Source: an uncultured delta proteobacterium (lineage in GTDB: Bacteria > Myxococcota_A > Polyangia > Polyangiales > Houyiibacteriaceae). From it: DNA of 64,000 nt. Location of the stretch: the NCBI GenBank assembly GCA_963817725.1, contig CAWFPD010000006.1, positions 19,723-83,722 of the forward strand, written 5' to 3'. Both the position numbers and the translations under genes were made by a program. Positions 28,347 through 35,638 of the stretch are shown one piece after another (positions within the stretch are counted from its first letter, which is position 1; every line of letters starts with the position of its first letter). The notes under the pieces were generated by a model. It did not search any database and had not been told where the DNA came from. It worked only from the letters and a program-made list of their open reading frames with translations.

Positions 28347-28396
28347 AGCACGCAACACGCTCCAGCGGCGTCCGATAACCAGGCATGCTCAAGCGC

Positions 28397-28426
28397 TTGA
28401 CAAATGTTCAGTATTCAAGCTATAAT
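28397..28426 (+). promoter_or_regulatory. Near-consensus sigma70-type promoter (TTGACA-18 nt-TATAAT) of the HNH gene
   Basis: ttgaca at 28397-28402 and tataat at 28421-28426. The ATG at 28438 is only 11 nt after the -10 box. This is a locally AT-rich segment in a GC-rich genome. Confidence 0.55.
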
Positions 28427-28437
28427 CACAAGTAATC

Positions 28438-30375
28438 ATGCGGAGTTCCAGCGCACTAATCCCAGCTTCGCCACCCTCCGAGCACGTCCAGCTCGCCCGG
28501 CCCCTCCCAGCTCCACCGCACCCCGAAACCGCCCAGCTCGACGCCGAGCTCCACCGCCTCTCCCGCGGCGCCGGCCGCCTTCGTCTCCGAATCGGCCAAG
28601 CCCTCCACCGCCTAGCTGACGGCATCCACGAGCTCGGCTTTTCCACCCTGGGCGCGTACGCGCTCGAGCGCTGCAATCGCGGCGGTCGCTGGGCGGCCGA
28701 AAGCCGCACCCTCGCGCGCCGTCTGCAGTCGCTACCGCACCTGACGAACGCCCTCGAAGCCGGGTCCATCGGCTGGAGCATGGCGGAGCTGCTCGCCCGC
28801 CACGCCACACCTCAAACCGAAGCCGCACTGCTCCAGGTGGCACGCGGCAAAACGGTTCAAGCCATGCGCATCGCCTTGAGCCCGCAAGGCTCACCCGATC
28901 CCCCCGACGACGACGACCTCGCGCGCACGCTCTCGCTCACGCTGCCGGTCGAAGAAGCCTGGGCGCTAGAGGCCACGCGCATGATGGTCGAGCACATGGA
29001 CGGCAAGCACACCGGCGGCCACTTCCTCGAGTCACTCCTCGCCGAGGCCACCATCTCGCTGCTCGAGCTCACCGGGCCCACGCAAGCCCAAAAAGCCGGC
29101 CAAGCCGCGCAGGCCGACGAATCCGGCCAAGCCGCGCAAGCGGACGAAGCCGATGTCTCCGCGCAGATGGAAGCGGAATACACCGCGTGGCGCGCGCAGA
29201 TGCAGCACCTCCAACACCTGCAAGCAGAAGCCGAGCTCCGAAGCCGCCCGGCGGTCACCACCAAGCCCAATCCGGGTGAGGCCCCCGAAACCGACGACCT
29301 GCCCATCGGCCTCGAAGCGATCGACGCGCGCATCCGTCACTACAGCGCAGAGCTCGCCAGTCGCGACCTGTTCTTCGGCCGCATGGCCCAACGCTTCCTC
29401 GCACTCCGCGGTTGGCAAACACTCGGCTTCGCGACCGAAGCACATTACGCCCGCGAGCGCCTCGGCATGTCCCGCGCGTCGCTCCGAAGCAAGCTCAGCC
29501 TGGCACGCCGCAGTCGGGCGCTCGACCACGTCGTCGACGCGCTTCAGCAGGGCCGCATCGGCTTCGAAGCGGCACATCTCGTCGCCCGCATCGCCACGGG
29601 GGGCACCGAGCAAGCCTGGGTCGAGCGCGCCACCCGCCGCACCTTCAAACACCTCCGCGAAGAAGTCCAAGCCGTAGAAATGACCGCCCGCTTCACAGGC
29701 CAAACCGACCGCTCCCCCCCAAGCGAAGCCCAAATGCAACAATTCCAGTCGCTAGAACGCGCAATCCTCAGCGGCGAGCTCCTACGACGCGTCACACACA
29801 ACTATTCAGCCGAAAGCCCCGACGACGATGCTCCCACTGTCCAGATATCCGGGAGTCCCAACGACGAAAACCCCGCTGTCCAGATATCCGTAAGTCCCGA
29901 CAGCGAGGCACCGAACGAACCTGTCCAGATATCCGGAAGTCCGACCGGCAAAGTAACCTTGCGCATGCGCATCTCCGGCGATCTCCTCCTCCACTACCGC
30001 CAACTCGAACGCCTCCACCGCCAAAAACTCCCCGGCACCAGCTTCATTCAGTTCCTCTGCGCGACCTTCTGGCAAACCTGGGTGCCGACCCTGGGCGTCT
30101 CTGACAAATGGGAAACGATCTACCGCCGAGATCGCTACCGCTGCACCAGCCCCGTCTGCCACCAGCGCAACATCACCCTCCACCACGTGAAGTACCGTGC
30201 CACCGGCGGCACCGACGCCCCCAACAACCTCACCTGCCCCTGCGCCTTCTGCCACCTGCAAGGCGAGCACGGCGGTCGCCTCAAAATCCTCCCCCCAGGC
30301 TCCGACCCCACCTGGGTCCTCGGCCGCCACCCGATCATGCGCGTCCACCGCCGCGAGCGAACCCTCCTCAACTAG
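28438..30375 (+). CDS. HNH endonuclease with a DUF222-like N-terminal region (REP13E12-like family)
   Basis: The C-terminal HNH motif is CTSPVCHQRNITLHHVKYRATGGTDAPNNLTCPCAFCHLQGEHGG. The central tandem peptide repeat is TVQISGSPNDENPAVQISVSPDSEAPNEPVQISGSP. Confidence 0.8.
   Translation: MRSSSALIPASPPSEHVQLARPLPAPPHPETAQLDAELHRLSRGAGRLRLRIGQALHRLADGIHELGFSTLGAYALERCNRGGRWAAESRTLARRLQSLPHLTNALEAGSIGWSMAELLARHATPQTEAALLQVARGKTVQAMRIALSPQGSPDPPDDDDLARTLSLTLPVEEAWALEATRMMVEHMDGKHTGGHFLESLLAEATISLLELTGPTQAQKAGQAAQADESGQAAQADEADVSAQMEAEYTAWRAQMQHLQHLQAEAELRSRPAVTTKPNPGEAPETDDLPIGLEAIDARIRHYSAELASRDLFFGRMAQRFLALRGWQTLGFATEAHYARERLGMSRASLRSKLSLARRSRALDHVVDALQQGRIGFEAAHLVARIATGGTEQAWVERATRRTFKHLREEVQAVEMTARFTGQTDRSPPSEAQMQQFQSLERAILSGELLRRVTHNYSAESPDDDAPTVQISGSPNDENPAVQISVSPDSEAPNEPVQISGSPTGKVTLRMRISGDLLLHYRQLERLHRQKLPGTSFIQFLCATFWQTWVPTLGVSDKWETIYRRDRYRCTSPVCHQRNITLHHVKYRATGGTDAPNNLTCPCAFCHLQGEHGGRLKILPPGSDPTWVLGRHPIMRVHRRERTLLN
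29837..29943 (+). repeat. Three 23-bp repeats inside the HNH CDS (29837, 29876, 29921)
   Basis: ctgtccagatatccgggagtccc, ctgtccagatatccgtaagtccc and ctgtccagatatccggaagtccg. The periods are 39 and 45 bp. Confidence 0.9.
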
Positions 30376-30566
30376 CCCGGGCCAGCCTGCGTTGGCCCGC
30401 ACGATCTCGACCATCGCGCGCCGTACGCATGTCACCTGGCGCTAGGGCGCTGCATGTCGAGCCCGCCCCCCAGGTCGGACGAACGCGGCTCGCAAGGCTC
30501 AAGGGTCTTCGGCGCTAACGACGAACAACAGTATTCGGATGAGGTGTTCATCGCTGGAGTGATCGA

Positions 30567-30821
30567 CTACCGCCGCTGATACTTGAGCGTGCCCTCGATG
30601 GATTGGAGCGCGCGGGAGATTTCCTTCAGGGCACGGGTATTATCTTGGACGGCACGGCTGGTCTCCTGCGACTTCAACGTGCTTGCAATGTCCTCGAGCG
30701 CGCGCACCGTGTCCTGCGAGGGATTGCTGCTGTAGGCCGTGGCGAGCGCGGGGCCGACGCCCATGCCGATCACGCCGCCGATCATCACGCCGACCGCGAG
30801 CGACTTAAGGTCTCGTTTCAT
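30567..30821 (-). CDS. Small single-pass membrane protein (paralog of 14612..14866), convergent with HNH
   Basis: RBS aggagg. MKRDLKSLAVGVMIGGVIGMGVG...VRALEDIASTLKSQETSRAVQDNTRALKEISRALQSIEGTLKYQRR. Confidence 0.65.
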   Translation of the reverse strand: MKRDLKSLAVGVMIGGVIGMGVGPALATAYSSNPSQDTVRALEDIASTLKSQETSRAVQDNTRALKEISRALQSIEGTLKYQRR

Positions 30822-30969
30822 GACGTTCCTCCTTGTGATCCGCTCTGCGGAATCTGAGTGCACAGGGAGAGCTCGGGTATAGCAGGCTAACGAAGCCACC
30901 CCACGAATGGCCGACGAGATGGGCGGGCGTCGCGTCCACCCGCTTCATGAAGCTCACCCGATCGTCGTC

Positions 30970-31641
30970 TCACTCGGGGCGGGGCGGTGGCCGCGTGGAA
31001 CGAGGGCGAGCGACGATTCGGTGCTTCGCGAGATTGCGCAACATCTGACGAAAGGGCGAGTCCTTCTCGATAGCGGGAATCACGGAGGTGCGGTCCGGCT
31101 CCGGCACTCGAAATTGTGCGGTGACGCAGCCACTGCCTTGATACGCGAACTTGACCTCGTCATGGCTCACGGTCTCGATCAGATGTTTCATCCCCACATT
31201 GCGGGAGAAGAGCTCGAAGTGAAACCAACGGATGTCCCGCTCCCATGCGGCTCCGAGCAGGCGCTCAAGAAGGAGGGTCCCGATGCCTCGACTTTGGTAG
31301 GCATCGAGGATGGTCACCGCGGCCTCCGCAACATCTGCGTGGTCGCGCAGCCGAACGAACCGCGCGGTGCCAATCGGTTCCTCTTGTCCGCTGTCGGCAA
31401 TGTGGAAGGCTGCAAGCGCGAAGTGATCGACGCCATCGACTTCGGTGAAGTACTTGAGGTCGTCCTCGGTGAGCTCGGTCTTATGCCCCATGAACCGGTC
31501 GTAGCGTGAAGCCGCCGTCAACTGGTCGAAACCCATCGCTAGGGCCGACTTGTCGGAGGGCCGAATCTGGCGGAGACGCAACCGCGATCCGTCCCTGAGC
31601 TCCAAGATTTCCTCGTAGGTCGCGTCGTATCGATACGTCAT
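30970..31641 (-). CDS. GNAT-family N-acetyltransferase
   Basis: LDAYQSRGIGTLLLERLL is the acetyl-CoA binding motif. The start is MTYRYDATYEEI at 31641. Confidence 0.7.
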   Translation of the reverse strand: MTYRYDATYEEILELRDGSRLRLRQIRPSDKSALAMGFDQLTAASRYDRFMGHKTELTEDDLKYFTEVDGVDHFALAAFHIADSGQEEPIGTARFVRLRDHADVAEAAVTILDAYQSRGIGTLLLERLLGAAWERDIRWFHFELFSRNVGMKHLIETVSHDEVKFAYQGSGCVTAQFRVPEPDRTSVIPAIEKDSPFRQMLRNLAKHRIVARPRSTRPPPRPE

Positions 31642-31832
31642 CGAGTCCCCTTGCGTTCGCCCGCCAATTCCACCGAATGCCGCCCTGGACGGACTTCTTG
31701 GTCTTAGCATGCGGAGGTTAAGCCTGGGGTCGTGTCTCCTGACCCGGAAGTGCGGTCGGAAGTCTCTGACCGAGCTTGACGGCGAGCGCCGGTGTGCATG
31801 AAGGTACCCCTGTGACCACCACAACGAAACAG

Positions 31833-33203
31833 ATGTCGCCCGTCGATTCGGCCTGGCTGCACATGGATGAGCCGACCAATCTGATGATGATCACGGGGGT
31901 CTCGCTCCTCGATAAGCCGCTCGACTTCGAGCGCTTCCGCAAGACGTTGGAGGTTCGCCTGCTCACGCTCGATCGGTTCACCATGCGCGTGGTGGAGCCG
32001 GCGCTGCCGGTGGGTACGCCGCACTGGGAGGTCGACCCGAACTTCGATCTGGATGCGCACATCCATCGCGTGGCGCTGCCGGCGCCGGGCGACATGGGCG
32101 AGCTCCAGCGCCTCATCAGCGATCTGGCCAGCACGCCCCTCGATTTCTCGAAGCCGCTGTGGAACATCCATCTCGTCGAGAACGTGGAGGGCGGCGCGGC
32201 CATGGTCTTACGTCTCCATCATTGCATCGGCGATGGCACGGCCATGAATGCGGTTTTGTTTCGCCTGATGGACATGGCGCGCGATGCGCCCATCGGAAAA
32301 GTCGTGGAGCCCCCCGCCGAAGCGCTGAGACGCCGTGATTTCGTGTCGACTGCGTTCAGGCCCGTGCGCAGCATCGGAAACGCCATCCGCTACTTGGCGC
32401 GCGAAGGCAGCGAAAGCCTACGCAACCCCGCACGCATCGCGCAGGGCGCGGGCACCGCCGCCGAAGCGGCGAGCATCGTCGGGCGCGTGCTGCTGATGAC
32501 GCCCGATCCGAAGACGCCATTCAAAGGTCCTCTCGGTGTTCAAAAGCGCGTGGCCTGGTCCAACAACGTTCCGCTAGCGGACGTCAAGACCGTCACCAAA
32601 GCCTTGGGCGCGAAGGTCAACGACGTCATGCTGGCCGCGGTGGCCGGCGGGCTCCGCGACTATCTCATCGACCGCAACGCCGAGGTGAGCGACCTCGAGG
32701 TCCGGGCCGTGATCCCGGTGGACCTCCGCGAGCCTCAACGGGGAATCGAGCTTGGCAACGCCTTTGGTCTCGTCTTCTTGGCTCTCCCGCTGCGCATTGC
32801 CGACCCGGTAGAGCGGCTCCGCGAGACCAAGAAGCGCATGGATGCCATCAAGCAGTCGATCGAAGCGGTCACATTCTACAGCTTGCTCAGCGTCTTCGGC
32901 GTGACGCCCCGCCAGGTCGAAGAGCAGGCGCTGAACATCTTCGGCTCCCGCGCCACTGCGGTCGTGACCAACGTGCGCGGACCCGGTCAGGCGCTCTACA
33001 TCGCCGGCAGCAAGATCGAAAACATCATGGGTTGGGTTCCCCAAGCGGGACACCTGGGCCTCGGGGTCAGCATCTTCAGCTACGACGGCAAAGTCAGCGT
33101 CGGCGTCATCACCGACGCCGGCCTCGTGCCCGACCCGGAACGAATCACCGCGCGTTTCCGCGAGAGGTTCGACGAATTGCTAGCCATCGCGAAGCAAGGC
33201 TAG
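31833..33203 (+). CDS. Wax ester synthase/diacylglycerol acyltransferase (WS/DGAT)
   Basis: HHCIGDG active-site motif. N-terminus MSPVDSAWLHMDEPTNLMMI. An alternative upstream start lies at 31776. Confidence 0.8.
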   Translation: MSPVDSAWLHMDEPTNLMMITGVSLLDKPLDFERFRKTLEVRLLTLDRFTMRVVEPALPVGTPHWEVDPNFDLDAHIHRVALPAPGDMGELQRLISDLASTPLDFSKPLWNIHLVENVEGGAAMVLRLHHCIGDGTAMNAVLFRLMDMARDAPIGKVVEPPAEALRRRDFVSTAFRPVRSIGNAIRYLAREGSESLRNPARIAQGAGTAAEAASIVGRVLLMTPDPKTPFKGPLGVQKRVAWSNNVPLADVKTVTKALGAKVNDVMLAAVAGGLRDYLIDRNAEVSDLEVRAVIPVDLREPQRGIELGNAFGLVFLALPLRIADPVERLRETKKRMDAIKQSIEAVTFYSLLSVFGVTPRQVEEQALNIFGSRATAVVTNVRGPGQALYIAGSKIENIMGWVPQAGHLGLGVSIFSYDGKVSVGVITDAGLVPDPERITARFRERFDELLAIAKQG

Positions 33204-33204
33204 G

Positions 33205-33522
33205 CTAGTTGAGCTCGCGGTTGCGCACATAGTGGCCGTCCTCGAACGAATCGAAGAAATGCTCCACGAGTGGGTGCTCGATGGGTGTGCCCACGCGGTC
33301 TTCTTCGAGGTTCCGCTCCGCCACGTACGTCTCGTGCATCGCCCCCCCGACCAGCACCCGATACCATGGCGCGTCCTTGGGCGGCCGGCTCTTCGCCACT
33401 TCGTCGTACCACGCCTCGCTCAGTGAAAAGGTCGCATCGATGTCGACGACGACGCCTCGGTAGTCGAACAGTCGATGATGAACGAGCTGTCCAATCGCAA
33501 ATTTCGGTTTGGCCACGGTCAT
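33205..33522 (-). CDS. hspQ: HspQ/YccV-like hemimethylated-DNA-binding heat-shock protein
   Basis: KFAIGQLVHHRLFDYRGVVVDIDATFSLSE...PWYRVLVGGAMHETYVAERNLE. Only the last 105 codons of ORF 33205..34119 are protein-like. Confidence 0.75.
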   Translation of the reverse strand: MTVAKPKFAIGQLVHHRLFDYRGVVVDIDATFSLSEAWYDEVAKSRPPKDAPWYRVLVGGAMHETYVAERNLEEDRVGTPIEHPLVEHFFDSFEDGHYVRNRELN

Positions 33523-33641
33523 GAGGAAAGTCACTTTACTCGATCTCAGGGCTGCGCATGTCTTTGTTGTTTTGGAACGATTGCGTTTCGTGGACGCGTG
33601 AGTGTATCGTCGTCCTTTCAGCTCGAACGAAGGAGAAAAGG

Positions 33642-35556
33642 ATGCGTGAAGTGCTTCGATGCTCAGCCCTAGCCATCGTGTTGGCGTGCGGGTCGACAGC
33701 CTGCGGCTCCGATAACGGCGAAAACGGTGGCGGTACCGGTGGGACCGGCGGCTCCGCCGGATCAGGCGGGAGCGCGGGCACCGGCGGCTCTGCTGGCTCG
33801 GGCGGCGTCGGTGGTGTCGGCGGTGCGGGTGGTGTCGGCGGCGTCGGCGGCGTCGGCGGTGTCGGTGCGACCGGGCGGTGCGGGTGGTACTGGCGGCGTA
33901 GGAGGCATGGGCGGCGTAGGAGGCACGGGTGGCGGAATTGACGAGGCCCCCGTGATCGACTATGCGGGCACCGTCGGTGCCTCGGGTGGCATCATCGAAG
34001 CACGGAACGGTCGCGTCGTGCTCGCCTTCCCCGCGGGCGCCGTGTCTGAAGACACCGACATTCGCGTGAGCCCGCTCGTCAACGTCGGCGTCCCCGGGGC
34101 GATCACGCCAACCGCTCATGACTTTGGTCCCGACGGCGCAACATTTGGCGCACCGGTCACGCTCACCCTCGAGTACGATGAAGCAGACCTGCCGGCGGGC
34201 ATCGATGAGGCCGCCGACCTCTTCATCTTGGGGACTTCACATACAACGGGCGAGCTCGTTCCAGTCGCGGGCAGCACCGTCAATGCGGCTGCCAACACGG
34301 TCTCGGCGCCGATCGATGGGTTCAGCACGTTCCTGATTGCGATCTCGTGCGTACCCGGTCTGGTCCTCGACCCGTGGTGCCCTGCCAAGTGCGAGGACCC
34401 GCCGCCCACGTACCCCGACGATCCCGGCGGGGACCTCGACACGAGCTTCGGCACCGCAGGCAAGCTCACCTTCGAGCTCGGCCTTGCGAGCAGCACCGGT
34501 ACGAGTGACCTGCTGATCGACGACCAGGGCCGGCTACTGCTCGGCGCCTCTGCGCTGCGGATGGCCGTGATCCGTGTCCTGCCCGACGGGGAGGGCCTCG
34601 ATCCGAGCTTCGGCGACGAAGGTGTCGCCCTGGCCTACACGGGAGGCTCGGACAGCCTCGCGACCTCGATTGCGCTCCGCACCGACGGTCGCATCGTGTT
34701 GCTGGGCGCGAGGCAGCCCGCAGGTGGCGGTATGGACCTGCTGCTCGCCCGGTTCCTGCAGGACGGGACGCTCGACCCGTCGTTTGGAGGCGGCGACGGC
34801 ATCGTCCTCGATTTGCGGCAGGGGATCACCGAGGAAGGGCAGGTGGCAACGCTCCCCGACGGACGTGTGATTGCCACCGAGGCCGGGGCACCGGGCACCT
34901 ATCAGTTTCTCGTCGATGGCACGCCCGACCCGAGCTTCGGTGAGGACGGCCTCGCCGCCACCGGCACTAGGCGGATCGTGCGCCGCGCCACCGGAGACTG
35001 GCTTCTCAGCAACGGAGGCCGCATTCTCGTGCTTGACGCGCAGGGTACACTCGGTGCGCTTTACCAAGCGTCGGGGCCGGGGGGCGCTACCGGTGGTTTC
35101 GAAGAGATCGCGGGTGGCGGTTACGTCATCGGCGGCCGCACCGCTGCGTTGGTCGGAGAACCCACCGACGTATGGGCCGCGCGTTTCTTGCCGGGGAGCG
35201 AGCCAGGTTCGCTGTCAGCAGACCTGTGTTTCTCGGGTGACGCCGTGGCTGTTCACGATTTCGGCGGCGACGAGCGCGGATCCGACTCGACCGTACAGTC
35301 TGATGGTCGAATCCTCGTGGCGGGTGCGACGGCCGACCGCGGTGACGACGACGACCTGTTCGTCGCACGAATTCGTCCCGACGGCGAGGTCGACGCTGGC
35401 TTCGGAACCAATGGAATCGTCTACATCGATTTTGGCGGGGACGAGGCGGACGGCTCGATTGCAATCGACGATCAAGGTCGCATCGTCGTTGCCGGCAGCT
35501 CCCGCGATCCCATCTCGGGCGACCGACTAGGCGTCGTGGCGAGGCTGCTGCCTTGA
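33642..35556 (+). pseudogene. Delta-60-repeat lipoprotein with a frameshift inside a (GGN)n linker (~33850-33875)
   Basis: RBS aggag. Signal and lipobox MREVLRCSALAIVLACGS sit in one frame. After the Gly-rich tract the body (LDTSFGTAGKL, LDPSFGDEGVA, LDPSFGGGDGIV, PDPSFGEDGLA, VDAGFGTNGIV) is in the +1 frame (ORF 33727..35556). Confidence 0.6.
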
Positions 35557-35638
35557 GCGCACGGGAGCCGTACCCTCGCGCGGCGTCTGCACAATGAAGG
35601 CCCATTGACCCCAGACCCCGCGTCGCTAGAACCCCAGC

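Noticed and set aside
4485-28385. Canonical integron attC sites / chromosomal integron cassette array
   Set aside because: The box geometry is inverted relative to attC. Here a GTT-type box (GGTTGATAC) is at the 5' side and an AAC-type box (CGATAAC) is at the 3' side, whereas attC has RYYYAAC 5' and GTTRRRY 3' on either strand. No intI or attI is visible, and several island genes are on the opposite strand. The resemblance is kept only as an analogy. A covariance-model scan would settle it.
4597-29943. CRISPR array interpretation of the 23-bp repeat clusters
   Set aside because: The 16-22 bp spacers are too short and are similar to one another (variants of CAACGACGAAGGCAACG). The unit periods are multiples of three and encode a peptide repeat in the intact HNH gene. 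No cas genes are present in the window.
33523-34119. Upstream 200 codons of ORF 33205..34119 (-)
   Set aside because: The segment is His/Arg-rich nonsense, antisense to the Gly-rich lipoprotein linker. Only the 105-codon HspQ part (33205..33522) is credible.
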